Below, one piece after another: positions 10,471 through 23,589 of a stretch of 64,000 nucleotides of DNA. Each line of letters begins with the position of its first letter. Position 1 is the stretch's first letter. Location: assembly GCA_963920595.1 (NCBI GenBank), contig OY986946.1, positions 1,054,001 to 1,118,000 of the forward strand. The letters are read 5' to 3'. The translations under genes were made by a program, and so were the position numbers. Under the pieces are notes generated by a model. That model was given only the letters and a program-made list of their open reading frames with translations, ran no database searches and was not told the DNA's origin. The stretch comes from Eimeria praecox (Eukaryota).

Positions 10471-11504
10471 GATTTTCTGTGTGCGCACAAGGAATCGCTT
10501 GGCATGATTACGCCCTCTCTTCTATATATGCACATCGAATCTCTTTTGATGAGGGAAGCCATTCTTTCGACGAGGTGGGTGGGCAACGCACAAAACGCGG
10601 AACTCCATGCTTCTTTTCCATTCCTGGCCAGACAAATCGAGATGAAATCACCCAAGAGCGCTAGCGCTTTATCGTCCTGAAGCCCGCAACAACGCTAGGC
10701 CTCAATGCTACCTAGAGCAATCTAACCAGCTCCCCAGCTGTGGGGCAGCTGTTTAGACTGTTTCCTGTGCTTGAGTGGACACCCAGAGTTTTGCTGATTT
10801 GGTTCTGGTTGGTTGTGAAATGTTCGGTGTTTGTGCATTGTGTTGGGCTGAAATGATGATAAGGTGCGGACGGTGAGTACAAAGGAGGGGAATGATGGGT
10901 ACGAGGTTTGCAAGGGTTTCTTTGGTGCTACGGGGATCGCGACCGGTGGATCGTTTCGTCAGCAACTCTTGCATAAGGGTAGCAAAAGTGGTAAGGAAGC
11001 TGGTTACTAGCCAGCTTGATGCTTGTGAGCCAACACGCACAGGTATGTTGGCTTGATTGTGAAGTGACCGGAGTTGCGCAGGGGTTTGTGTCCAAATGGT
11101 GATGAGGTGGGGACGGTGAGTACACAGGAGGGGAATGATGGGCATGAGGCTTGCAAGGGTTTCTTTGGAGAGTTGAGAGCATGTGTGTTAGGGGTGGGGA
11201 TACTGTATGCACCGGTGTGGTTGGAGTGGAGTGATGAGGATGCGACGGCATGAAGTATTTGTGGAGTGGTTGCTTGTCTTAAGGCGGTGAGGTTTGTGTG
11301 TATGTACGTGTGTCTAGAGGAAGCATGTGCATGTGAGGATATGGGATGGGTATGTGAATGATTGCATTGCGTAGAGATAGCGTGGATGAGGAGCGCATGA
11401 GCATAGGAAAGATGCCCTGATGATCCCGATGTATTGCTTGTGCATATATAGACAGAATAGAGTCCTTGGGCACGCAAAGGGATTGGTTGTGTGTGCATGG
11501 ATAG

Positions 11505-11509
11505 AAAAA
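11505..11509 (-). terminator. Pol III terminator (T5) of canonical 5S; repeated in each 854-bp unit
   Basis: AAAAA on + strand immediately past the 3' end of the - strand 5S gene. Confidence 0.85.
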
Positions 11510-11510
11510 G

Positions 11511-11633
11511 AGGCCGTCATCACCCAAAGGGATTCCCGCGGAGTCCCCCACCGCAGTACTAACCGTGCCTTCCGCCGCTTAACTTCGGAGTTGAGATGGG
11601 ATCCAGTGCATTCGACGCAGTATGAACGACGGC
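11511..11633 (-). rRNA. 5S rRNA: 5S rRNA copy 1 (edge copy, 4 substitutions)
   Basis: Array consensus GCCGTCGTTCATACTGCGTCGAATGCACCGGATCCCATCTGAACTCCGAAGTTAAGCGGCGCAAGGCCCGGTTAGTACTGCGGTGGGGGACTCCGCGGGAATCCCTTTGGGTGATGACGGCCT folds into eukaryotic 5S helices I-V; this copy differs at 4 sites. Confidence 0.93.
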
Positions 11634-12364
11634 AACACATACCATACTCACACAACATACTACCATATAATCCATATACATACTCGACAACAACAAACTA
11701 CACCCAACCACACAACAACGCCTCCCCTTTCCTGTCCTCGCCCTAGCAATACACCTACGCCTCTCTTCTATCAACCGCACACTAAGCGGATCCCGACAGG
11801 GGAATTTTCTCGTCAGCAACTCTTGCATAAGGGTAGCAGAAGTGGTAAGGAAGCTGGTTACTAGCCAGCTTGATGCTTGTGAGCCAACACGCACAGGTAT
11901 GTTGGCTTGGTTGTGAAATGATCGGAGTTGCGCAGGAGTTTGTGTCCAAATGGTGATGAGGTGGGGACGGTGAGTACACAGGAGGAGAATGATGGGCATT
12001 AGGCTTGCAAGGGTTTCTTTGGAGAGTTGAGAGCATGTGTGTTAGGGGTGGGGATACGGTATGCACCGGTGTGCTTGGAGTGGAGTGGTGAGGATGCGAC
12101 GGCATGAAGTATTTGTGGAGCGGTTGCTTGTCTTAAGGCGGTGAGGTTTGTGTGTATGTACGTGTGTCTAGAGGAAGCATGTGCATGTGAGGATATGGGA
12201 TGGGTATGTGAATGATTGCATTGCGTAGAGATAGTGTGGATGAGGAGCGCATGAGCATAGGAAAGATGCCCTGATGATCCCGATGTACTGCTTGTGCATA
12301 TATAGACAGAATAGAGTCCTTGGGCACGCAAAGGGATTGGTTGTGTGTGCATGGATAGAAAAAG

Positions 12365-12487
12365 AGGCCGTCATCACCCAAAGGGATTCCCGCGGAGTCC
12401 CCCACCGCAGTACTAACCGGGCCTTGCGCCGCTTAACTTCGGAGTTGAGATGGGATCCGGTGCATTCGACGCAGTATGAACGACGGC
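12365..12487 (-). rRNA. 5S rRNA: 5S rRNA copy 2
   Basis: Array consensus with G41C. Confidence 0.96.
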
Positions 12488-13218
12488 AACACATACCATA
12501 CTCACACAACATACTACCATATAATCCATATACATACTCGACAACAACAAACTACACCCAACCACACAACAACGCCTCCCCTTCCCTGTCCTCGCCCTAG
12601 CAATACACCTACGCCTCTCTTCTATCAACCGCACACTAAGCGGATCCCGACAGGGGACTTTTCTCGTCAGCAACTCTTGCATAAGGGTAGCAGAAGTGGT
12701 AAGGAAGCTGGTTACTAGCCAGCTTGATGCTTGTGAGCCAACACGCACAGGTATGTTGGCTTGGTTGTGAAGTGATCGGAGTTGCGCAGGGGTTTGTGTC
12801 CAAATGGTGATGAGGTGGGGACGGTGAGTACACAGGAGGGGAATGATGGGCATTAGGCTTGCAAGGGTTTCTTTGGAGAGTTGAGAGCATGTGTGTTAGG
12901 GGTGGGGATACTGTATGCACCGGTGTGGTTGGAGTGGAGTGATGAGGATGCGACGGCATGAAGTATTTGTGGAGCGGTTGCTTGTCTTAAGGCGGTGAGG
13001 TTTGTGTGTATGTACGTGTGTCTAGAGGAAGCATGTGCATGTGAGGATATGGGATGGGTATGTGAATGATTGCATTGCGTAGCGATAGCGTGGATGAGGA
13101 GCGCATGAGCATAGGAAAGATGCCGTGATGATCCCGATGTATTGCTTGTGCATATATAGACAGAATAGAGTCCTTGGGCACGCAAAGGGATTGGTTGTGT
13201 GTGCATGGATAGAAAAAG

Positions 13219-13341
13219 AGGCCGTCATCACCCAAAGGGATTCCCGCGGAGTCCCCCACCGCAGTACTAACCGGGCCTTGCGCCGCTTAACTTCGGAGTT
13301 CAGATGGGATCCGGTGCATTCGACGCAGTATGAACGACGGC
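13219..13341 (-). rRNA. 5S rRNA: 5S rRNA copy 3
   Basis: Array consensus. Confidence 0.97.
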
Positions 13342-14072
13342 AACACATACCATACTCACACAACATACTACCATATAATCCATATACATACTCGACAACA
13401 ACAAACTACACCCAACCACACAACAACGCCTCCCCTTTCCTGTCCTCGCCCTAGCAATACACCTACGCCTCTCTTCTATCAACCGCACACTAAGCGGATC
13501 CCGACAGGGGAATTTTCTCTTCGCAAACTCTTGCATAAGGGTAGCAGAAGTGGTAAGGAAGCTGGTTACTAGCCAGCTTGATGCTTGTGAGCCAACACGC
13601 ACAGGTATGTTGGCTGGGTTGTGAAATGATCGGAGTTGCGCAGGAGTTTGTGTCCAAATGGTGATGAGGTGGGGACGGTGAGTACACAGGAGGAGAATGA
13701 TGGGCATTAGGCTTGCAAGGGTTTCTTTGGAGAGTTGAGAGCATGTGTGTTAGGGGTGGGGATACGGTATGCACCGGTGTGCTTGGAGTGGAGTGGTGAG
13801 GATGCGACGGCATGAAGTATTTGTGGAGTGGTTGCTTGTCTTAAGGCGGTGAGGTTTGTGTGTATGTACGTGTGTCTAGAGGAAGCATGTGCATGTGAGG
13901 ATATGGGATGGGTATGTGAATGATTGCATTGCGTAGAGATAGTGTGGATGAGGAGCGCATGAGCATAGGAAAGATGCCGTGATGATCCCGATGTATTGCT
14001 TGTGCATATATAGACAGAATAGAGTCCTTGGGCACGCAAAGGGATTGGCTGTGTGTGCATGGATAGAAAAAG

Positions 14073-14195
14073 AGGCCGTCATCACCCAAAGGGATTCCCG
14101 CGGAGTCCCCCACCGCAGTACTAACCGGGCCTTGCGCCGCTTAACTTCGGAGTTGAGATGGGATCCGGTGCATTCGACGCAGTATGAACGACGGC
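14073..14195 (-). rRNA. 5S rRNA: 5S rRNA copy 4
   Basis: Array consensus with G41C. Confidence 0.96.
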
Positions 14196-14926
14196 AACAC
14201 ATACCATACTCACACAACATACTACCATATAATCCATATACATACTCGACAAAAACAAACTACACCCAACCACACAACAACGCCTCCCCTTCCCTGTCCT
14301 CGCCCTAGCAATACACCTACGCCTCTCTTCTATCAACCGCACACTAAGCGGATCCCGACAGGGGACTTTTCTCGTCAGCAACTCTTGCATAAGGGTAGCA
14401 GAAGTGGTAAGGAAGCTGGTTACTAGCCAGCTTGATGCTTGTGAGCCAACACGCACAGGTATGTTGGCTTGGTTGTGAAGTGATCGGAGTTGCGCAGGGG
14501 TTTGTGTCCAAATGGTGATGAGGTGGGGACGGTGAGTACACAGGAGGGGAATGATGGGCATTAGGCTTGCAAGGGTTTCTTTGGAGAGTTGAGAGCATGT
14601 GTGTTAGGGGTGGGGATACTGTATGCACCGGTGTGGTTGGAGTGGAGTGATGAGGATGCGACGGCATGAAGTATTTGTGGAGCGGTTGCTTGTCTTAAGG
14701 CGGTGAGGTTTGTGTGTATGTACGTGTGTGTAGAGGAAGCATGTGCATGTGAGGATATGGGATGGGTATGTGAATGATTGCATTGCGTAGCGATAGCGTG
14801 GATGAGGAGCGCATGAGCATAGGAAAGATGCCGTGATGATCCCGATGTATTGCTTGTGCATATATAGACAGAATAGAGTCCTTGGGCACGCAAAGGGATT
14901 GGTTGTGTGTGCATGGATAGAAAAAG

Positions 14927-15049
14927 AGGCCGTCATCACCCAAAGGGATTCCCGCGGAGTCCCCCACCGCAGTACTAACCGGGCCTTGCGCCGCTTAACT
15001 TCGGAGTTCAGATGGGATCCGGTGCATTCGACGCAGTATGAACGACGGC
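14927..15049 (-). rRNA. 5S rRNA: 5S rRNA copy 5
   Basis: Array consensus. Confidence 0.97.
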
Positions 15050-15780
15050 AACACATACCATACTCACACAACATACTACCATATAATCCATATACATACT
15101 CGACAAAAACAAACTACACCCAACCACACAACAACGCCTCCCCTTTCCTGTCCTCGCCCTAGCAATACACCTACGCCTCTCTTCTATCAACCGCACACTA
15201 AGCGGATCCCGACAGGGGAATTTTCTCTTCAGAAACTCTTGCATAAGGGTAGCAGAAGTGGTAAGGAAGCTGGTTACTAGCCAGCTTGATGCTTGTGAGC
15301 CAACACGCACAGGTATGTTGGCTGGGTTGTGAAATGATCGGAGTTGCGCAGGAGTTTGTGTCCAAATGGTGATGAGGTGGGGACGGTGAGTACACAGGAG
15401 GAGAATGATGGGCATTAGGCTTGCAAGGGTTTCTTTGGAGAGTTGAGAGCATGTGTGTTAGGGGTGGGGATACGGTATGCACCGGTGTGCTTGGAGTGGA
15501 GTGGTGAGGATGCGACGGCATGAAGTATTTGTGGAGTGGTTGCTTGTCTTAAGGCGGTGAGGTTTGTGTGTATGTACGTGTGTGTAGAGGAAGCATGTGC
15601 ATGTGAGGATATGGGATGGGTATGTGAATGATTGCATTGCGTAGAGATAGTGTGGATGAGGAGCGCATGAGCATAGGAAAGATGCCGTGATGATCCCGAT
15701 GTATTGCTTGTGCATATATAGACAGAATAGAGTCCTTGGGCACGCAAAGGGATTGGTTGTGTGTGCATGGATAGAAAAAG

Positions 15781-15903
15781 AGGCCGTCATCACCCAAAGG
15801 GATTCCCGCGGAGTCCCCCACCGCAGTACTAACCGGGCCTTGCGCCGCTTAACTTCGGAGTTCAGATGGGATCCGGTGCATTCGACGCAGTATGAACGAC
15901 GGC
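15781..15903 (-). rRNA. 5S rRNA: 5S rRNA copy 6
   Basis: Array consensus. Confidence 0.97.
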
Positions 15904-16634
15904 AACACATACCATACTCACACAACATACTACCATATAATCCATATACATACTCGACAACAACAAACTACACCCAACCACACAACAGCGCCTCCCCTTT
16001 CCTGTCCTCGCCCTAGCAATACACCTACGCCTCTCTTCTATCAACCGCACACTAAGCGGATCCCGACCGGGGAATTTTCTCTTCACAAACTCTTGCATAA
16101 GGGTAGCAGAAGTGGTAAGGAAGCTGGTTACTAGCCAGCTTGATGCTTGTGAGCCAACACGCACAGGTATGTTGGCTGGGTTGTGAAATGATCGGAGTTG
16201 CGCAGGAGTTTGTGTCCAAATGGTGATGAGGTGGGGACGGTGAGTACACAGGAGGAGAATGATGGGCATTAGGCTTGCAAGGGTTTCTTTGGAGAGTTGA
16301 GAGCATGTGTGTTAGGGGTGGGGATACGGTATGCACCGGTGTGCTTGGAGTGGAGTGGTGAGGATGCGACGGCATGAAGTATTTGTGGAGTGGTTGCTTG
16401 TCTTAAGGCGGTGAGGTTTGTGTGTATGTACGTGTGTCTAGAGGAAGCATGTGCATGTGAGGATATGGGATGGGTATGTGAATGATTGCATTGCGTAGCG
16501 ATAGCGTGGATGAGGAGCGCATGAGCATAGGAAAGATGCCCTGATGATCCCGATGTATTGCTTGTGCATATATAGACAGAATAGAGTCCTTGGGCACGCA
16601 AAGGGATTGGTTGTGTGTGCATGGATAGAAAAAG

Positions 16635-16757
16635 AGGCCGTCATCACCCAAAGGGATTCCCGCGGAGTCCCCCACCGCAGTACTAACCGGGCCTTGCGCC
16701 GCTTAACTTCGGAGTTCAGATGGGATCCGGTGCATTCGACGCAGTATGAACGACGGC
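16635..16757 (-). rRNA. 5S rRNA: 5S rRNA copy 7
   Basis: Array consensus. Confidence 0.97.
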
Positions 16758-17488
16758 AACACATACCATACTCACACTACATACTACCATATAATCCATA
16801 TACATACTCGACAACAACAAACTACACCCAACCACACAACAACGCCTCCCCTTTCCTGTCCTCGCCCTAGCAATACACCTACGCCTCTCTTCTATCAACC
16901 GCACACTAAGCGGATCCCGACAGGGGAATTTTCTCGTCAGCAACTCTTGCATAAGGGTAGCAGAAGTGGTAAGGAAGCTGGTTACTAGCCAGCTTGATGC
17001 TTGTGAGCCAACACGCACAGGTATGTTGGCTTGGTTGTGAAGTGATCGGAGTTGCGCAGGGGTTTGTGTCCAAATGGTGATGAGGTGGGGACGGTGAGTA
17101 CACAGGAGGGGAATGATGGGCATGAGGCTTGCAAGGGTTTCTTTGGAGAGTTGAGAGCATGTGTGTTAGGGGTGGGGATACTGTATGCACCGGTGTGCTT
17201 GGAGTGGAGTGATGAGGATGCGACGGCATGAAGTATTTGTGGAGCGGTTGCTTGTCTTAAGGCGGTGAGGTTTGTGTGTATGTACGTGTGTGTAGAGGAA
17301 GCATGTGCATGTGAGGATATGGGATGGGTATGTGAATGATTGCATTGCGTAGCGATAGCGTGGATGAGGAGCGCATGAGCATAGGAAAGATGCCCTGATG
17401 ATCCCGATGTATTGCTTGTGCATATATAGACAGAATAGAGTCCTTGGGCACGCAAAGGGATTGGTTGTGTGTGCATGGATAGAAAAAG

Positions 17489-17611
17489 AGGCCGTCATCA
17501 CCCAAAGGGATTCCCGCGGAGTCCCCCACCGCAGTACTAACCGGGCCTTGCGCCGCTTAACTTCGGAGTTCAGATGGGATCCGGTGCATTCGACGCAGTA
17601 TGAACGACGGC
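17489..17611 (-). rRNA. 5S rRNA: 5S rRNA copy 8
   Basis: Array consensus. Confidence 0.97.
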
Positions 17612-18342
17612 AACACATACCATACTCACACAACATACTACCATATAATCCATATACATACTCGACAACAACAAACTACACCCAACCACACAACAACGCC
17701 TCCCCTTTCCTGTCCTCGCCCTAGCAATACACCTACGCCTCTCTTCTATCAACCGCACACTAAGCGGATCCCGACAGGGGAATTTTCTCGTCAGCAACTC
17801 TTGCATAAGGGTAGCAGAAGTGGTAAGGAAGCTGGTTACTAGCCAGCTTGATGCTTGTGAGCCAGCACGCACAGGTATGTTGGCTGGGTTGTGAAGTGAT
17901 CGGAGTTGCGCAGGAGTTTGTGTCCAAATGGTGATGAGGTGGGGACGGTGAGTACACAGGAGGGGAATGATGGGCATGAGGCTTGCAAGGGTTTCTTTGG
18001 AGACTTGAGAGCATGTGTGTTAGGGGTGGGGATACTGTATGCACCGGTGTGGTTGGAGTGGAGTGATGAGGATGCGACGGCATGAAGTATTTGTGGAGTG
18101 GTTGCTTGTCTTAAGGCGGTGAGGTTTGTGTGTATGTACGTGTGTGTAGAGGAAGCATGTGCATGTGAGGATATGGGATGGGTATGTGAATGATTGCATT
18201 GCGTAGCGATAGCGTGGATGAGGAGCGCATGAGCATAGGAAAGATGCCGTGATGATCCCGATGTATTGCTTGTGCATATATAGACAGAATAGAGTCCTTA
18301 GGCACGCAAAGGGATTGGTTGTGTGTGCATGGATAGAAAAAG

Positions 18343-18465
18343 AGGCCGTCATCACCCAAAGGGATTCCCGCGGAGTCCCCCACCGCAGTACTAACCGGGC
18401 CTTGCGCCGCTTAACTTCGGAGTTCAGATGGGATCCGGTGCATTCGACGCAGTATGAACGACGGC
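18343..18465 (-). rRNA. 5S rRNA: 5S rRNA copy 9
   Basis: Array consensus. Confidence 0.97.
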
Positions 18466-19196
18466 AACACATACCATACTCACACTACATACTACCATAT
18501 AATCCATATACATACTCGACAAAAACAAACTACACCCAACCACACAACAACGCCTCCCCTTTCCTGTCCTCGCCCTAGCAATACACCTACGCCTCTCTTC
18601 TATCAACCGCACACTAAGCGGATCCCGACAGGGGACTTTTCTCGTCAGCAACTCTTGCATAAGGGTAGCAGAAGTGGTAAGGAAGCTGGTTACTAGCCAG
18701 CTTGATGCTTGTGAGCCAACACGCACAGGTATGTTGGCTTGGTTGTGAAGTGATCGGAGTTGCGCAGGGGTTTGTGTCCAAATGGTGATGAGGTGGGGAC
18801 GGTGAGTACACAGGAGGGGAATGATGGGCATGAGGCTTGCAAGGGTTTCTTTGGAGACTTGAGAGCATGTGTGTTAGGGGTGGGGATACTGTATGCACCG
18901 GTGTGGTTGGAGTGGAGTGATGAGGATGCGACGGCATGAAGTATTTGTGGAGTGGTTGCTTGTCTTAAGGCGGTGAGGTTTGTGTGTATGTACGTGTGTG
19001 TAGAGGAAGCATGTGCATGTGAGGATATGGGATGGGTATGTGAATGATTGCATTGCGTAGCGATAGCGTGGATGAGGAGCGCATGAGCATAGGAAAGATG
19101 CCGTGATGATCCCGATGTATTGCTTGTGCATATATAGACAGAATAGAGTCCTTGGGCACGCAAAGGGATTGGTTGTGTGTGCATGGATAGAAAAAG

Positions 19197-19319
19197 AGGC
19201 CGTCATCACCCAAAGGGATTCCCGCGGAGTCCCCCACCGCAGTACTAACCGGGCCTTGCGCCGCTTAACTTCGGAGTTCAGATGGGATCCGGTGCATTCG
19301 ACGCAGTATGAACGACGGC
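19197..19319 (-). rRNA. 5S rRNA: 5S rRNA copy 10
   Basis: Array consensus. Confidence 0.97.
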
Positions 19320-20050
19320 AACACATACCATACTCACACAACATACTACCATATAATCCATATACATACTCGACAAAAACAAACTACACCCAACCACACA
19401 ACAACGCCTCCCCTTTCCTGTCCTCGCCCTAGCAATACACCTACGCCTCTCTTCTATCAACCGCACACTAAGCGGATCCCGACAGGGGACTTTTCTCGTC
19501 AGCAACTCTTGCATAAGGGTAGCAGAAGTGGTAAGGAAGCTGGTTACTAGCCAGCTTGATGCTTGTGAGCCAACACGCACAGGTATGTTGGCTTGGTTGT
19601 GAAGTGATCGGAGTTGCGCAGGGGTTTGTGTCCAAATGGTGATGAGGTGGGGACGGTGAGTACACAGGAGGGGAATGATGGGCATGAGGCTTGCAAGGGT
19701 TTCTTTGGAGACTTGAGAGCATGTGTGTTAGGGGTGGGGATACTGTATGCACCGGTGTGGTTGGAGTGGAGTGATGAGGATGCGACGGCATGAAGTATTT
19801 GTGGAGTGGTTGCTTGTCTTAAGGCGGTGAGGTTTGTGTGTATGTACGTGTGTGTAGAGGAAGCATGTGCATGTGAGGATATGGGATGGGTATGTGAATG
19901 ATTGCATTGCGTAGCGATAGCGTGGATGAGGAGCGCATGAGCATAGGAAAGATGCCGTGATGATCCCGATGTATTGCTTGTGCATATATAGACAGAATAG
20001 AGTCCTTGGGCACGCAAAGGGATTGGTTGTGTGTGCATGGATAGAAAAAG

Positions 20051-20173
20051 AGGCCGTCATCACCCAAAGGGATTCCCGCGGAGTCCCCCACCGCAGTACT
20101 AACCGGGCCTTGCGCCGCTTAACTTCGGAGTTCAGATGGGATCCGGTGCATTCGACGCAGTATGAACGACGGC
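20051..20173 (-). rRNA. 5S rRNA: 5S rRNA copy 11
   Basis: Array consensus. Confidence 0.97.
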
Positions 20174-20904
20174 AACACATACCATACTCACACAACATAC
20201 TACCATATAATCCATATACATACTCGACAAAAACAAACTACACCCAACCACACAACAACGCCTCCCCTTTCCTGTCCTCGCCCTAGCAATACACCTACGC
20301 CTCTCTTCTATCAACCGCACACTAAGCGGATCCCGACAGGGGAATTTTCTCGTCAGCAACTCTTGCATAAGGGTAGCAGAAGTGGTAAGGAAGCTGGTTA
20401 CTAGCCAGCTTGATGCTTGTGAGCCAACACGCACAGGTATGTTGGCTGGGTTGTGAAGTGATCGGAGTTGCGCAGGGGTTTGTGTCCAAATGGTGATGAG
20501 GTGGGGACGGTGAGTACACAGGAGGGGAATGATGGGCATGAGGCTTGCAAGGGTTTCTTTGGAGAGTTGAGAGCATGTGTGTTAGGGGTGGGGATACTGT
20601 ATGCACCGGTGTGGTTGGAGTGGAGTGATGAGGATGCGACGGCATGAAGTATTTGTGGAGTGGTTGCTTGTCTTAAGGCGGTGAGGTTTGTGTGTATGTA
20701 CGTGTGTGTAGAGGAAGCATGTGCATGTGAGGATATGGGATGGGTATGTGAATGATTGCATTGCGTAGCGATAGCGTGGATGAGGAGCGCATGAGCATAG
20801 GAAAGATGCCGTGATGATCCCGATGTATTGCTTGTGCATATATAGACAGAATAGAGTCCTTGGGCACGCAAAGGGATTGGTTGTGTGTGCATGGATAGAA
20901 AAAG

Positions 20905-21027
20905 AGGCCGTCATCACCCAAAGGGATTCCCGCGGAGTCCCCCACCGCAGTACTAACCGGGCCTTGCGCCGCTTAACTTCGGAGTTCAGATGGGATCCGG
21001 TGCATTCGACGCAGTATGAACGACGGC
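20905..21027 (-). rRNA. 5S rRNA: 5S rRNA copy 12
   Basis: Array consensus. Confidence 0.97.
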
Positions 21028-21758
21028 AACACATACCATACTCACACAACATACTACCATATAATCCATATACATACTCGACAAAAACAAACTACACCCA
21101 ACCACACAACAACGCCTCCCCTTTCCTGTCCTCGCCCTAGCAATACACCTACGCCTCTCTTCTATCAACCGCACACTAAGCGGATCCCGACAGGGGAATT
21201 TTCTCGTCAGCAACTCTTGCATAAGGGTAGCAGAAGTGGTAAGGAAGCTGGTTACTAGCCAGCTTGATGCTTGTGAGCCAACACGCACAGGTATGTTGGC
21301 TGGGTTGTGAAGTGATCGGAGTTGCGCAGGGGTTTGTGTCCAAATGGTGATGAGGTGGGGACGGTGAGTACACAGGAGGGGAATGATGGGCATGAGGCTT
21401 GCAAGGGTTTCTTTGGAGAGTTGAGAGCATGTGTGTTAGGGGTGGGGATACTGTATGCACCGGTGTGGTTGGAGTGGAGTGATGAGGATGCGACGGCATG
21501 AAGTATTTGTGGAGTGGTTGCTTGTCTTAAGGCGGTGAGGTTTGTGTGTATGTACGTGTGTGTAGAGGAAGCATGTGCATGTGAGGATATGGGATGGGTA
21601 TGTGAATGATTGCATTGCGTAGCGATAGCGTGGATGAGGAGCGCATGAGCATAGGAAAGATGCCCTGATGATCCCGATGTATTGCTTGTGCATATATAGA
21701 CAGAATAGAGTCCTTGGGCACGCAAAGGGATTGGTTGTGTGTGCATGGATAGAAAAAG

Positions 21759-21881
21759 AGGCCGTCATCACCCAAAGGGATTCCCGCGGAGTCCCCCACC
21801 GCAGTACTAACCGGGCCTTGCGCCGCTTAACTTCGGAGTTCAGATGGGATCCGGTGCATTCGACGCAGTATGAACGACGGC
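21759..21881 (-). rRNA. 5S rRNA: 5S rRNA copy 13
   Basis: Array consensus. Confidence 0.97.
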
Positions 21882-22612
21882 AACACATACCATACTCACA
21901 CAACATACTACCATATAATCCATATACATACTCGACAAAAACAAACTACACCCAACCACACAACAACGCCTCCCCTTTCCTGTCCTCGCCCTAGCAATAC
22001 ACCTACGCCTCTCTTCTATCAACCGCACACTAAGCGGATCCCGACAGGGGAATTTTCTCGTCAGCAACTCTTGCATAAGGGTAGCAGAAGTGGTAAGGAA
22101 GCTGGTTACTAGCCAGCTTGATGCTTGTGAGCCAACACGCACAGGTATGTTGGCTGGGTTGTGAAGTGATCGGAGTTGCGCAGGGGTTTGTGTCCAAATG
22201 GTGATGAGGTGGGGACGGTGAGTACACAGGAGGGGAATGATGGGCATGAGGCTTGCAAGGGTTTCTTTGGAGAGTTGAGAGCATGTGTGTTAGGGGTGGG
22301 GATACGGTATGCACCGGTGTGCTTGGAGTGGAGTGATGAGGATGCGACGGCATGAAGTATTTGTGGAGCGGTTGCTTGTCTTAAGGCGGTGAGGTTTGTG
22401 TGTATGTACGTGTGTCTAGAGGAAGCATGTGCATGTGAGGATATGGGATGGGTATGTGAATGATTGCATTGCGTAGCGATAGCGTGGATGAGGAGCGCAT
22501 GAGCATAGGAAAGATGCCGTGATGATCCCGATGTATTGCTTGTGCATATATAGACAGAATAGAGTCCTTGGGCACGCAAAGGGATTGGTTGTGTGTGCAT
22601 GGATAGAAAAAG

Positions 22613-22735
22613 AGGCCGTCATCACCCAAAGGGATTCCCGCGGAGTCCCCCACCGCAGTACTAACCGGGCCTTGCGCCGCTTAACTTCGGAGTTCAGATG
22701 GGATCCGGTGCATTCGACGCAGTATGAACGACGGC
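22613..22735 (-). rRNA. 5S rRNA: 5S rRNA copy 14
   Basis: Array consensus. Confidence 0.97.
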
Positions 22736-23466
22736 AACACATACCATACTCACACAACATACTACCATATAATCCATATACATACTCGACAAAAACAAAC
22801 TACACCCAACCACACAACAACGCCTCCCCTTTCCTGTCCTCGCCCTAGCAATACACCTACGCCTCTCTTCTATCAACCGCACACTAAGCGGATCCCGACA
22901 GGGGAATTTTCTCGTCAGCAACTCTTGCATAAGGGTAGCAGAAGTGGTAAGGAAGCTGGTTACTAGCCAGCTTGATGCTTGTGAGCCAACACGCACAGGT
23001 ATGTTGGCTGGGTTGTGAAGTGATCGGAGTTGCGCAGGGGTTTGTGTCCAAATGGTGATGAGGTGGGGACGGTGAGTACACAGGAGGGGAATGATGGGCA
23101 TGAGGCTTGCAAGGGTTTCTTTGGAGAGTTGAGAGCATGTGTGTTAGGGGTGGGGATACGGTATGCACCGGTGTGCTTGGAGTGGAGTGATGAGGATGCG
23201 ACGGCATGAAGTATTTGTGGAGCGGTTGCTTGTCTTAAGGCGGTGAGGTTTGTGTGTATGTACGTGTGTCTAGAGGAAGCATGTGCATGTGAGGATATGG
23301 GATGGGTATGTGAATGATTGCATTGCGTAGCGATAGCGTGGATGAGGAGCGCATGAGCATAGGAAAGATGCCGTGATGATCCCGATGTATTGCTTGTGCA
23401 TATATAGACAGAATAGAGTCCTTGGGCACGCAAAGGGATTGGTTGTGTGTGCATGGATAGAAAAAG

Positions 23467-23589
23467 AGGCCGTCATCACCCAAAGGGATTCCCGCGGAGT
23501 CCCCCACCGCAGTACTAACCGGGCCTTGCGCCGCTTAACTTCGGAGTTCAGATGGGATCCGGTGCATTCGACGCAGTATGAACGACGGC
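23467..23589 (-). rRNA. 5S rRNA: 5S rRNA copy 15
   Basis: Array consensus. Confidence 0.97.

Larger units (their letters stand above)
1407..10925 (+). repeat. Tandem array of seven 1364-bp units, each carrying tRNA-Leu(TAA) and a variant 5S rRNA-like gene
   Basis: Exact 1364-bp periodicity (tRNA starts 1694, 3058, 4422, 5786, 7150, then 8512 and 9876 after a 2-nt deletion in unit 5); units nearly identical. Confidence 0.97.

Noticed and set aside
1708..10913. Short ORFs repeating every 1364 bp
   Set aside because: They overlap tRNA or 5S-like genes, many start at non-ATG codons, and none resembles a known protein
11095..11425. C/D box snoRNA in the canonical spacer (several RTGATGA motifs)
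   Set aside because: The only nearby CTGA is polymorphic (CCCTGA/CCGTGA) and too distant; no terminal stem or guide recognised
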